Shown piece by piece: positions 24,626 through 38,667 of a stretch of 64,000 nucleotides of DNA; the stretch's first letter is position 1; every line of letters starts with the position of its first letter. A program made the translations under genes and the position numbers. The DNA comes from Bugula neritina (taxonomy: Eukaryota > Animalia > Bryozoa): assembly GCA_964035545.1 (NCBI GenBank), contig OZ037767.1:16424581-16488580 (forward strand), read 5' to 3'. Below the pieces are notes generated by a model. That model did no database searches. It was not told where the DNA came from and worked only from the letters and a program-made list of their open reading frames with translations.

Positions 24626-26278
24626 TCTTACTCTATGGAGACTTCTGCAATTATAATATTATAGTGTTTGCTTAAAGTTATTAACTCAATAAATTATTAG
24701 CATAACAAATTATTGATTGAAAGTTTTAAAAGAATTTATTGATACTTTTTATTTGATTTCTCATGCTAATTTCAGCATACACAATCACAATGAATATTAT
24801 ATACACAATTAATATTATTATCATTATTTGATGCTGGCTGAATTGTAATATCAATACTGTTTTAGATAAACATAAATTAAACATGCAACAAAATCACAAT
24901 GCTACGTTTTAGCCTAAACAGACTTACTCTTACCCTTAGAAGCAGGGAAAGTTAGATTAAAACTAAAAATATATCTTGGTCTTCACTGATTGAGTTTTTG
25001 CAGTTTTTTACTTTTAGTCATAATGATAATGATAAAAACTTAATCATAATCTAAATCATAATGCCAATGATAAATATCAAATTAAATAACAATGCTGCTA
25101 CTGTTGAAATTTATCCATTACATAAAATTTTATGATTTAATCTCATTACTAGTTACGGTTACCATAACCATGGTCCATGATTATCAGTATCACGGTCACC
25201 ACTACTAGTAGTAGTAGTAGTAGTACTACCATTGCCACGTTTACTACCACTACCAGTGACCATGATGATGATCATGATGATGATGATCACCATGAAATTG
25301 AATCATGATACTGATACACTCATACTGATACTGATAGAGTGATAGTGATACTGATAGTCAATGTCATACTCATAGTTACTATTATTCACTAACATGTTAC
25401 AGTTACACTTATATTTACAGCTATAGTTATACGATTTCTTTATATAATTCAACAGTTTTGTTAGAAATGAGCCGTTCTAAATAATTGTATTAATTGTATC
25501 TTCATCCTACTCTACAATAGCTATAATTATATTATTGCTCGTGTACTTTTTTGATCATGACAGCAGCGACTCGATTTATAACGTTTCTGATTGCGAATTT
25601 TATGTTAACCCAGTGATACACGGAATATTTGTCATGCATCCTCTAATCAGCGATCTTTAGATATACATTTGTGTAAAATAAGTTGGTACGGCTATTTTAT
25701 ATTAGCAGCGTTTCCATAAAAGTCAGTGCTTTTCGTTGGGACTAATGTCGTACACCATCGAAAGATAGCCTCCTCAATGAATTTATAACCATTAGTTACA
25801 TCTAGCATCAGTTTGAACCAATTTTAAAATAAAACTGGTCATGCTCGACACTGTCTGAAACATAGTTTAAGTTTCGTTCCTGGGCAGACAGTATAATATA
25901 TTTATTAGTTTATAATTTAGTGATTTATAGTTATTCATTTGTAGTGCATTTCTACTTTACTTTTTTTTTCTTTTTAAGAATCAAAGTGAATCATTATTGG
26001 AGTTTCTATTTGAGATGTTTCAGTGCTTATACTTATACTTATAGTTATTGAGTTATTCATATTTATTTATTACTATTGATATTCTGATTCTCATTCTGGC
26101 GACTCATTTAATATTTTTAATTTATTTCTGACTCTTCAATCTTAGTTTTCTACTGTCAAATTAGATTGAATACTTTTATTGATAATAACTAAAGTAAATA
26201 TGTCACAACTGTAATCCAATCACTAATTCTATTTGTAAGTAATAATTATAATGGTGCAATAATTTCTATTAAAGGAAA

Positions 26279-29200
26279 ATGTTTGTAACTGACTCACTGT
26301 TTACTCTTGAGTTCTGTGTGGACAAACTTACTATAAGTCCGGGAGTTGTCTGCCGGTTCCCAGCTGTAGCCTTCAGGTTCTTAGACTTCCCGACTATAAC
26401 TCTACATCTGCTGGAAGAGCATCAAAGAGATAGACTCAGGGCTAAGCTTACTATTGACCCTGAGTTTCAAGTATGAAGTCAAATTAGTAGTGCAGTGTAT
26501 TATTCTTTTTAAAATATAGATGTCTTGGACGTCATAAAGCTATATGTTCTAACTTCTGTTACTACATGTAATACTCTGCTATGCTATACTATGTACTACT
26601 ATGTACCACTATGTACTACTGTTGCTATAGATACCGGACCAAATCAAGGATTATCAAGATAAGTCAGGATACTATGAGTTCAACAATGGGAAATCTTGTT
26701 TGTATAGACTGGCTCCAGACACATTAAGGTTAGTCAACTTCCTAAACTGTTCCAAGTTGCTGTAAGACTGGCTATCAGTCTACACACTTTAATAGTCCTA
26801 TAAAGTCACACTCTTTATTGTACATTTACCTTTTTCTCTGGTATTAGGTCTCTGCTAGCCCAGGTTCCATTATACATCATCATTGCGGACGGGTTCACGC
26901 AGACCCCCACCCTTGTTGGCAGTGCGATGTTGCCCCTCGCCGAACCCATGGAGCAGGTCTACGAATTGCTTCTAAAGGATGGCATTTCTGTTCCAGCCAG
27001 TAGCGGCGTAAGAAGCTCTTTAACTGTTTACAACTTGATGGGGCATCCTATAGGTGAGGATCACAGGCTAAGATTAGAATAGATTACTCACACTACTTTA
27101 TAGCCTTTGCTCTATAACTCACGTTTCTTGCTGCATAGCATAGGAAGCTGATTGTACATTGCTAGCTAGTTACACGTCTCGGTAGTCAACAAGACTTGTG
27201 TTGTTACCTCCAGGTCAAGTGATTGTGGGATGTAGACTAAGCTCCCTGGGAATGGCTCTCTTAACTCACCTGCCTCAAGAGTCTGTGGCTTCGTATCACC
27301 AGTACAAGGCAGGCGTGTTCATGCCCGCATTTACACAGCCCTCAACTCTGGAACCTCAAGCTATGGGCTGTGCAGACGAGCACAACATATCAGCAGTTCT
27401 CAATGACATAGCCAATGAAAAAGCAGCAGAGGTGTAGCCTCAGTTCTCTTCTAACAGTAGTCTTTGCTTTTCACACACTTGCGAATAAATGAAGAGTTTT
27501 GTTGATGTTTTTCATTTTGTGGAGAAAACTTGTTTTTTTGTGGTTTCTAATGACTTTTCTCTTCTTAGCTAGAAAAAGTATTGGCTATAGTTTAGTGCTG
27601 TTGCGGCCCTAGTTTACAGGAGTTATGCTCTCTTTGTATGCAGAAGTTCCCAATCATACACAGGGAAAAATCACCACCTGCTGAGTCTAAGCCTGGCCCA
27701 GTTGAGGATGGGAGAGCACCTGCTGTCAGTGTCAAGCAGAAGCACACTCAGACTAAGCAGAAGAGAAAGGAAGCAGACGACACAGGTGTTACTTATGCTC
27801 ACAATCTATTATGCCCAAAGTTATGATGAATAATTAAGAAATAAAATTTTAGTAGATGCTGAAATTAATGAGAGTAAATTATGATGTTTTTATATCTTAA
27901 CTTGTTAAAATCTGAATTTTGTAAGCAATTGTAACTCAACTAGTTTTCTTACCCCTCATTCGCACTTACCGTGCCGTAGGCCGTAACAGCGAATACCAGC
28001 CATTTTTACAAATGTCTGAGTTTCCTATGCGGCATTGCAGTACGTTAGGATCAAGCACTGCTTGATTCAAAAATGTTGCGGCGGACTCCTATTGGACAGA
28101 AAAACTTTCGCTTTAACTTATTGGATATAATTGTCCAATGAAGTGTCATAGATCGTACCTAATAGCGGACTTTGAAAACTTCAGCCCGGACACATTAAAA
28201 ATGGCTGATATTTTACGTTACGGGCTACGGTATGGTAAGTGTGAATGAGGGGTTAGAAGTACAAGGGGTGGTTTAGCTTTTTGTGAATTTGTAATACATA
28301 TTCTGTAACGCTGTATTGCTACATGTATTCTACTGTGTTGTTGTTACGCTCTGTTCAGATGAAGGTATAGAGCTGATTGTACCGGATGTTTATTGTCCCC
28401 CTCCGCTCTACTACAACAAGATGTCTGTACCTCAGTCAACTATACCTCTACAACAGTCTCTAGATGTCAGTGATGTCTCCTCTCATACTAGCTCTGCAGC
28501 TTCCTGTCAGTCTAGAGGAGAGGTCAATGTGACTCCACACAAGTCTGAAGTAAGTAATATCTTGTGTCTCACATTTTCCTGTGTCTAAAATAAAATAAAT
28601 TAAATTGAGTTAAATTAAATTACTCTTTTACGTAAATGTTGGAAGGTTTTTATATGGATAAAGTTTTGCATAAACTACTGTGAGTCACTGTTGAATTTAA
28701 TTTTATCTGATTTAAAAATAAAACTTGAATTAGAGTAGCTTAGATATAAATTTATATTTCTATTACTTTTAATATTTTCATTTGCTATTTTTGCTTTTTT
28801 CTTTCTCGGAATGAAGTGTTGGAATAAAATACTTCTTTTTCCTTTAATATTTCACAGTTACATCTCCCACTCAGTTCTGCATTAAATCACTGAGCCCATT
28901 TTTTTCTAGTTTGGTAAACCTCCACCAGAGATGCTAACTGCTCAGGCTAATAAAGAAAACATTGAGACGAATGTCAGCCAACGCGGGGCGCCGTCCGCTG
29001 CCCCTCTTCCATCACAGCTAGCTGACGTGTTAGGAGCTAAGGCTACATCTGCCAGCGCATCTTTAGGCGAGAAGATCGTATAAATATCACTGTTGTTACT
29101 GAAATATTCAGATACTTGTTTGAAAATATTCATTTTATTATAAATAGATAAGGATGCAGTCAGGCATTTTATAAATATTCATAGAGAAAGTCTCGTAATT

Positions 29201-32200
29201 CCTCATATTTTTAGGATTTCAGTTAATTTTCTGTCACCTTCTATTTTGTTGGTCAGATGGTTAAGTAATTATACTAACTGTTAGGGACTCATATCTATGC
29301 TGTGTTTGCAGCTGGGTTTCCCTTGCTGAAGGCTATAGTGTCTGAACTGGTAAAGTTTGGGGAGTTGTCCAACTCTCAACCACCCAGCCCCAAAGTCACA
29401 TCTACTCCTATAAAATCTGCAGCTACATTCTCAGCTTCTCGTATCAAAGAGGTATTTTCACAATTTTGGTGAAGTTAGACTTGAATTTTGTTCATGTCCC
29501 TATTCCTAGTGCTAAATACTCAAAGTGCTGGTATGACTACTTAATCATTAAACATTGCATAATCTCTTTTAGAGTTGTTTCCCCTTTATTGAAAGTTGTG
29601 TTGAACAATAAACGTTCAGTTTTCTTTGATGGAAGTGTATTCTGTGTTATTTTATTGCCCAATTAAATTTGATTTGCTGTTGCACCTTTGTACTTGTATT
29701 AACCTTACTGTGTAAAATGTTTCTCTATCAATGAAAATATTTTATGTTTTCATTGTGATTAATAAGTCAGCTATTGGTTTTATTTATTTATATACACACA
29801 AATATGCCAATTAGAATGGTGGTATATTGTTACTATGTTTTGTAGTGTGTATTGTACTTACTGTAGTATACTATTACTACAGAATCTTTCCCCTGAGAGT
29901 CCCCCCAAGGGACATCAAGCTGATGCACCCCCTCTGCTGGCACACGGTGTAACAAAGAACACCAAACCCTCAGATGTCTCTAAGAAACTCTCCACCTCCA
30001 AACCTGGGCCCAAACCAACCAGGAAAGGTGTGTATCAGACATCAACTCGTGGTGTATTAGCTTATTGCTCTGTTTCTTTAGCAGTTTTATTAATAAATTT
30101 TATTGCAACAATTTCTTTTATTTTTAGCTTCTTAATAAGTTTTAAGTAATGGCTGATGCAAGTTAAATACAGAATACTGACTTATCTTATCATGACTTCA
30201 CAGTTTTGCTTTGATCATTTAATATAAAAGGTTGTTCCATCATCAGTGTGATAAGGAGTTATCCCACCATCATCTGTCACATAACTAGTGTTAGCCATTT
30301 TGTAGTTGTGCTCTCATACCTGTCAATATATTAAAGTAGTTAATTTTATGCTGCTTTAAAAAGGACCATTAGTCTATGGATACACAACTACGCAAAAACT
30401 GAGGCTGTCTAAGACCAACCCCAACCTCCTCAGACAGATTGAGGAGTCAGAAGAGCAGGCTAAGCTCAAGAAAGGTGAGTCACTATCCAGATTGGTTTAT
30501 TGTCTCTCCTTTATTATACTCACTATGTGCTCCTCTAACTGTCTATGTGCTTCGTGTTGCAGCTAGCATTTCATTGGCTAATGACTCGTCTGGACAAAAG
30601 TCAACTAAGCTCCGCCTCCCTAAAGGTTAGTATGTTAGTGGTTGGAATATCTTGAGATTGGCGAATCAGGAGTTATCTTCTTTTTATTGTATTCTTGAAG
30701 TTTTTATTTCTTGTCAAGTATTTAGAAAGATTTCATGATGTCTGTCTGTCTGTCCTGCAGGTAAGAGGAAGGAAGGGCCAAGGTCGTTCCGCTCCTACAC
30801 GAGTCAGCAGCCCCTCGACATCTCCACCGAGATGGGACGACTCACAGTTGAGTTGGCGGAAGTAAAGCGGGAACTGGCAGCGCAGAAGGCTGCCCAGATG
30901 ACTCCACGGTATGCGGGGAGGGAGTAAGAGGTGTACTGGTAGATAACGGGGTGTACTTGTAGATAAGGGGGTGTACTGGTAGATAAGGGGGTGCACTGGT
31001 AGATAAGGGGGTGTACTGGTAGATAGGGGGTGTACTGGTAGATAAGGGGTGTACTAGTAGATAAGGGGGTGCACTGGTAGATAAGGGGTGTACTGGTAGA
31101 TAAGGGGTGTACTAGTAGATAAGGGGGTGTACTGGTAGATAAGGGGGTGCACTGGTAGATAAGGGGGTGTACTGGTAGATAAGGGGTGTACTGGTAGATA
31201 AGGGGTGTACTAGTAGATAAGGGGGTGCACTGGTAGATAAGGGGGTGTACTGGTAGATAAGGGGTGTACTAGTAGATAAGGGGGTGCACTGGTAGATAAG
31301 GGGGTGTACTGGTAGATAAGGGGTGTAATAGTAGATAAGGGGGTGTACTGGTAGATAAGAGGGTGTACTAGTAGATACGGGGGTTTACTAGTAGATAAGG
31401 GGGTGTACTGGTAGATAAGAGGACTACTGGTAGATAAGAGGGTGTGTTGGTAGATAAGGGGGTAGATACTGTGTCTCTCTAACTTGTTGTCTGTGGATGT
31501 AATGCTCAGACTATTTGGTTTGTAGGCTGAACTCCCTGCATGAACCCCCTCTTCACGCTGAAATGGGTGTCACTAGAATTCTCACACCGAGAATGGGTAA
31601 GATTATCTCCCCTCGGCCTTCCCAGCAGACTCCCCGCAGGTCAATGAGTGCATTGAGTAACATAAACTCTCGGGATGGTAAGTTCTTTTCTCAGACTACA
31701 GTTTGTGTTCTGATACTCTGACTATCTCAGCGCCGATAGTGATAAGATAATAATTTTCTTGTAATCTGTTTCTAATTATTATTCCAGACAACTTAAGTAG
31801 CTAAATCATTATATTTTGAGTTTTTAAATTATGTACTTGAGATTTAATTGCATTCCGGCTCTACGAGATAGTACATTATGTAACCTTTAGCCTGCAGTTC
31901 TATATGCGTAGTACTTGTGGTGGGGAAGGGGTTCATCCAGCTTAATATGTGGAACTATTGTTTCTCAGAGCATATACTCAGGTTTCATGCTGCAGAGTAC
32001 GAGACGTTTGACTCACGTCTCAACAAATTTTAGCTCTAACTAGCTGGTTGGTAGGTAGACATGTGTAGACTGAGTGGAGAGTAGACAGAGTAGAGAGTAG
32101 ACTGAGTAGAGAGTAGACTGAGTAGAGAGTAGACTGAGTAGAGAGTAGACTGAGTAGACTGAGTAGAGAGTAGACTGAGTAGAGTAGATTGAGTAGAGAG

Positions 32201-33733
32201 TAGACTGAGTAGAGAGTAGACTGAGTAGAGAGTAGACTGAGTAGAGAGTAGACTGAGTAGAGAGTAGACTGAGTAGAGAGTAGACTGAGTAGAGAGTAGG
32301 CTGAGTAGAGAGTAGACTGAGTAGACTGAGTGGAGAGTAGACTGAGTAGAGAGTAGACAGAGTAGAGAGTAGACTGAGTAGAGAGTAGACAGAGTAGAGA
32401 GTAGACTGAGTAGAGAGTAGACTGAGTAGAGAGTAGACTGAGTAGAGAGTAGACTGAGTAGAGAGTAGACTGAGTAGAGAGTAGACTGAGTAGAGAGTAG
32501 ACTGAGTAGAGAGTAGACTGAGTAGAGAGTAGACTGAGTAGAGAGTAGACTGAGTAGAGAGTAGACTGAGAGTCACAGTGATATCTTGTCTTTCAGAGTT
32601 GTCTACTCTCCATGAACACTCCATCCAATCAGATTCAAGGAGATCTCTGGAGATCCACCTGCCCACCCCGGCACTGGATGACACGGAGGCCCCTTTCTCT
32701 CACTCTGGTTCCCAGTCTACACAGCAGGATGCTGACAGAGGTATGGATAAGGCAGCACCTCTCATAGTCTACCTGTATATCACTCTGTGTACAACTTCCA
32801 TAGTCTGTGGGTTTGCTGTTTCCGTCAACAAATCTTCATAACCCGCAATGCTGTAGCCTGTGATCTATTAGTTAAACATGCTGGGCTAGAGAATCAAACC
32901 ATGTTGCCAGTAAGAGGCAGTCCATAGACCTCCCACCATCATGTCTGACAGGATCTGTGGCTATAAACAAGGTGGGGTTGAAGAGTAAAGCAAGTAGAAG
33001 GAGATACACATATCAGCTGACGGGCTGCTTATATCCAAGGCACTCTGTATAATAGGCTTAATATCGGGTGTCACTGCTGTGATGGGTTTAATTCTAAAAT
33101 ACTTACTCTTTCTAAACCTTAACTCCATCTTCTTAATAGTTTATAGATGGCCTGGAAATTTCAATTTAATTTTAAGTTTTTTGTAACGACTTTAAGCAGC
33201 AGATTGTGTGAAGAATGGTTTTACAGTGAAATCAGTCATAGAATTGATAATAATTAGTGTTTACTACAACATGCCGTTAGTTTACAGCGTGCTATTTATT
33301 TTTCTATATCAAGTTTATATAAAATAATATTTGTTTACTTCATTGAGTAGCTAAAAAATCACCCAGAATTCAATTGAGATTTATAGACAACTTGTACTAA
33401 ATTCTGTGAATCATAAACCAGTTGCTTTTAAATCATGTTTTCAAGTCATGCTCTTACTTATTGACTCTAAAATAATTCCTTGTTTGACCCAATAACTTAA
33501 GTTACTATGATGGGATGTTTTATGCATAGACATTAGTAGTCGTCTTACTCTGTTGTCAAGGCTAATGTAACCACTACTTAAGTGCTCTTCACCCTAAATG
33601 GGGGATTGTGTTTAACAAGTGCTTCTTTAATACTTGTATACTTTCAGCTCAACGTCTGTGGGTTTTGTATCTGTGACTGTGAAGTTACTTCCTGAACAGT
33701 ACACACACACACACACGCACGCGCACACACACA

Positions 33734-33787
<54 letters not shown>

Positions 33788-36059
33788 AGCAGCAGCAGCA
33801 TGTTTAGTGGCAGTGGTAGGGTTAGGCTGTTACATAACGCAGCTGAGCGAATTGGCACCACCATCATCTCAGTCTGTTAATCAAATGGATTACTTAGTTA
33901 ATCCCATAATTAATACGAGTTGATGAGTTAGTCTGGGATTAAAGGCTTATAGATAGAAACAGAGATAAGTAATATGTGCACTGCTAATTGCTCTAGTGTT
34001 TATCTTATAGTAAATACCTTATAGTAGATAGCAGATACTGTATATGATTTTATCTTGGTTTAATATCCAGTTGACAAGTACAGACTGGAAATTATATTGT
34101 TGGTAATCTATTGAACTGGAAACTCAAAGAATTGCTCTTCATGCTCCAGTGTCTTATTAGAAGTTGTTAGAGAGATACTGTGCTGTTAGTGGCACTGCAA
34201 ACTCCTTTCACATAGTCTCCACTGAAAAATTTGTAACTACACTCAACTGTTTATCTGTCCATTCGTAGGACTGCAGAAAGTATGTTATTATTATATTAAA
34301 GCATCAAATATGTAACTGTAGTGTTATTTGGTTATAATTTAGTAAGTTGTCCCCACATGTTTTGAACTATTTTTAATTGCATGTGGATCCTTTAATATTC
34401 CAAGAGCTGGCAATCAAATTACATCTATAATTTGACAATGTACAAGAAATAGTTATATATTGAATAACAAATAAAACATATATCGAAATAACTTTAGTTA
34501 ACAACTATCTCTATATTCTTCTTCTATTCAGTATAGCACTTAGGGAGTTACCTCCCTTTAACCTAAACTATTACACATTTACTCTCTGTCATCTGAATGA
34601 CTCATACTAAGTTATTTCCACTCTCTGCATGAGTAGTTCCCCTCCGTCATACCATAACATCCTCTGCCCGCATTCTCACTACTCTCTGTGGATTCTCACA
34701 CCATTCTGTGTGGGAATATCTCATCACCCACATTATAATCTAGTTCATATCATATGATGTTTTCACTCCTTCTGAAATATGTGGCATTTCCATGTGGCTC
34801 TCTATTCACAAACTCTGTTTCCCCACTCCCTCCATTCTATTGTCTTATGCAAATTCTTACTCATTAGCTTCGAATAATTAACTAGCATTTTCCATTCAAA
34901 TGTGTTTTGCATACCATACTGTATAAGTGACTGTATATTATCATATATTACACTCTGTAATTTAAATGAAATATTCCAAACCAAGTGCACGATTTTGTTT
35001 TTTATAAAATACAATTATAGGACATAATGAAGGGCTAAATTTTTATTGTTTAATATTCAGACATAATTGTAATAAGTTTTGTAACTGTATTTAATTCTAG
35101 CTTAGTTTACAGTTTACTGTGAGATAAACTGATTGGATTTCTGTACCTCCGCCAGGGTAGGGTACGTTTAGTATTACGTCAAGACTTGCTCTGCAAATAC
35201 TCTCTGCCTACCTGCTTCCTTATCTCCCACACTCACTGCTATTTGAGTGTTTGTAGTGACTTTAAAATAGCATTACATCGCATAATGGAAATGTGATTCG
35301 CAATTAATCAAACATTCGTCTTTTGGTACAGAGTGTATGCGATTTTCTGGCAGTGTAAATACTGTTAGAATTAGTAGAATTACACTGTAGGGACAGATGC
35401 CCTCGTCTATATGTAAACACTGTAGGGGCAAATGCCCTTACCAAGATATGTTATTTAAAGTTATTAAAACAATAAAAAAAACTTAGCTTCTGACTCGCAC
35501 AACACACCAACAGATTTACTCTGAGCATTGTATCTGCATGCAGATGTGGGCATAGTTTAGCAAAGAATCATATTCTAGTGTTTTTATCAGATTTATTAAA
35601 CCAAGATGGTTTTCTGATTTGAAGCAACAGCTATTGTGTATGTGTTGTCAATTTATGTTTGGGTCCAGCTGGGTTTTCTGGCTATCAACATGATAGTTGC
35701 TGTCACATGGTTACTGAAATGTATTTTTAACTTCTGTCTTGTAACTCAATTTGGTTGCTTTTTTACTTCAAGTGTGTTTGCTGTACTTTTAGTATTTTTC
35801 GTGTTGTCATAGAAATTTTGTTATTTGCGGACATGTGTTTACAGACGGTGATATGCAAACAGGAAGTCAGAGAGATGATAGCATGTATCATTCCACACAG
35901 GAAGGGGGAGACTACTCCAAGACTGAGGCTACAGCCGACATGGCCGACGAATACTCGATGGTGTTTTCTCCGGAAGTTGGGAACAGTTCTGCGTCTCCAC
36001 TCGGTCACTACAGAGATAGCTACGGCTCAGACTCTTTTATTAGTGAGGACAGAAATTAG
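26279..36059 (+). CDS. MAP10: Microtubule-associated protein 10 (KIAA1383/MTR120) homolog, about 15 exons
   Basis: LFTLEFCVD..PAVAFRFLDFPT, FNNGKSCLYRL..TLR, PLY, YNLMG, CPPPLYY, LVYGYTTTQKLRL, then a low-complexity S/P-rich C-terminal half. The last exon (~35844-36059) is joined by matching phase 1 across a ~3.1-kb intron and is less certain. Confidence 0.85.
27952..28252. mobile_element. MITE, PIF/Harbinger-type
   Basis: Long imperfect TIRs cccctcattcgcacttacc.. / ..ggtaagtgtgaatgagggg with a TTA TSD (27949-51, 28253-55). Confidence 0.85.
30930..31465. repeat. Minisatellite, 20-21-bp unit, G-rich strand
   Basis: Repeated gtgtactggtagataagggg(g), starting about 20 nt after the donor at 30909. 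Confidence 0.95.
32064..32570. repeat. Minisatellite, 16-bp unit
   Basis: Repeated gtagactgagtagaga. Confidence 0.95.
33701..33787. repeat. (CA)n microsatellite
   Basis: Read directly. Confidence 0.95.
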
Positions 36060-36217
36060 TCCACAGTCTTCTGTTAGCAAAGGCGGAAATTAGTCTATGA
36101 TCTTCTGTTAGCAAAGGCGGAAATTAGTCTATGATCTTCTGTTAGAGAGGACTAAAGTTGGTCTGTTATTTTTGTTTGAAAAAAAAATCATTTCGCTGAT
36201 AAGCTTTGTGGCAATCA

Positions 36218-36648
36218 GTCCAATAGCTGTTAGTGTTACTGTTTATATAATGTATTTCTGTCCAATAGCTGTTAGTGTTACTGTTTATATAATGTATTTC
36301 TGTCCAATAGCTGTTAGTGTTACTGTTTATATAATGTATTTCTGTCCAATAGCTGTTAGTGTTACTGTTTATATAATGTATTTCCGTCCAATAGCTGTTA
36401 GTGTTACTGTTTATATAATGTATTTCTGTCCAATAGCTGTTAGTGTTACTGTTTATATAATGTATTTCTGTCCAATAGCTGTTAGTGTTACTGTTTATAT
36501 AATGTATTTCTGTCCAATAGCTGTTAGTGTTACTGTTTATATAATGTATTTCTGTCCAATAGCTGTTAGTGTTACTGTTTATATAATGTATTTCTGTCCA
36601 ATAGCTGTTAGTGTTACTGTTTATATAATGTATTTCCGTCCAATAGCT
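36218..36648. repeat. 42-bp tandem repeat, about 10 copies, downstream of the MAP10 stop
   Basis: Repeated gtccaatagctgttagtgttactgtttatataatgtatttct. Confidence 0.95.
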
Positions 36649-36852
36649 AGTTCATACTACAAATCTATAAATCATCAGATAATGTTATACTTTCATGTGA
36701 CGTACTACTTTCTCATCTCCATTTTTTGTCCAGAATAATACTTCACTCAGTGCTATGTTGATTAACAGTTAATCCCCCAGGATTTGTGTTTTCTTGTGAA
36801 ATTAATAATATATTGTAGTAATCCTCACCAGAATCTTCATTCATTACTTTTA

Positions 36853-37092
36853 AGGGTGATATTTAGGGGGTGATATTCAGGGGGGTATAGCATTCAGGGG
36901 GTGATATTCAAAGGGGGTAGTATAGCCTACAGAGGGTAGTATACAGGGGGTGATATTCAGGGGGTAGTATTCAGAGGGTAGTATACAGAGGGTAGTATAC
37001 AGAAGGGGTAGTATTCAGGGGGTAGTATACAGAGAGTATAGTATTCAGGGTATAGTATTCAGGGGGTGATATTCAGGGGGTAGCATTCAGGG
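36853..37092. repeat. Degenerate ~15-bp G-rich minisatellite
   Basis: Repeated gggggtagtattca-like units. Confidence 0.85.
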
Positions 37093-38667
37093 AATAAAAT
37101 TCAAAGACATCTGAGCAGACAGCATGACAATGTAATGAACAAAGATTTTACCAATTCTTTATCAGTTGAAACTTCACTTCTGCATGATATCAGGGGTGTA
37201 AGATGCCCACATTGCTTTCCTCAAAAGTTAATTAGCATGCTAAATATTCCAAAATACCACAATACACTATCAAGAATGTGAATAAATGTATATACTTCAA
37301 TAAAATTATAAAAGACAATGAAAGTGATATTTATATGATGGTTAATAAGAATTACCCCTTGCATAACGTTACAAATTCATCCACCACTGGAATGCATATG
37401 GTTATAATCTGTAACATAATGAGTAGATATCCCCCATGTACCAAGCTACGACTTTATGTTAATCCACCATTTGAATAAATTAAAACCCCTTGCAGTATTT
37501 AAAGGGTTGAGAGTGAGTTGTAAAGCTATAAGCAGTTGAGACGCTGTAGGGAACAGACAGACAGACAGACAGACGGACAGACAGACAGACAGACAGACGG
37601 ATATATTGTGGCAGTCAGTACTCAGGTGGGTTAATACAAGCATCGCTGATAATTATATACTATCTTTCAACATTATAAACATGTGCTGCTGTGTTATTCA
37701 GTTTATTTAACAGCGAATATACAATTTTTTTCTTGAAGTATATAACACTTTTCTCACATATATATACAAATTGTATTATGGATATTTTATCTAGCAAAAG
37801 TGATTTTAATAATATTATATATACCTTTATTTGAAGTGTGTAACAAACAACATTAACTAAAATGCTTAAACAGTACAGCTGTAGCTGTCAATTGAATTAT
37901 ACTTTATTAGAACAAATTTAAAGTGTTTTAAACAACAAGTATTTTCCAATAGTTATCTAAACACCAGCCTTTTTATTTATCAAAATATTATTCTTATAAT
38001 ATGATAAGTGTACTTTGCAGTTATATAATATTTCTTAGCTTTTTGTAGTCAAGTGAAATATATACTAACCTTAAAATTTACTCCCAATCTGTATTATATT
38101 ATATTTCGTTATAGTATTGTATTGTATATGTTATATTATATTTTGTTGTAGGCCTATTATAAAAATTAACATATTGTATTCATTACATACTAATGTAGTA
38201 TTATATTATCTTGCATTGTTTTATTTTATATTTTATTGGGTCATTTTATTTATTTTAGTACACACTGGAAATCTCCAGTTTTTAGCTATTTTTCACAAAT
38301 TAACTGCTAATGAATAAGGGCTTTTGCCCAAAACTAGTAAAATATGAATAAACACATCTAAATAATCGAGGTTCTTCTTAATTTTGCTTGATTTCCCATG
38401 TTTTTTACTAATTATTCAGCTACTTTTGATTGCAGAGTGTTATGAAAAAACCATAATTCTCCGAAAATATATAAAATGAAATAGATACTAATGCAGTGCT
38501 ATATTGCATTATATCAAATACTAAAGTATTGTATTATACTTTATTGTAGTATCATGTTGGCCATTTGACATGATGTCACACACCAATAATCATGCTATGT
38601 TACAAATTATATTCCATACTTGAATATTTTACAGTTGAAATGTGTTTAATTTTAGTTGCATGCAGCT

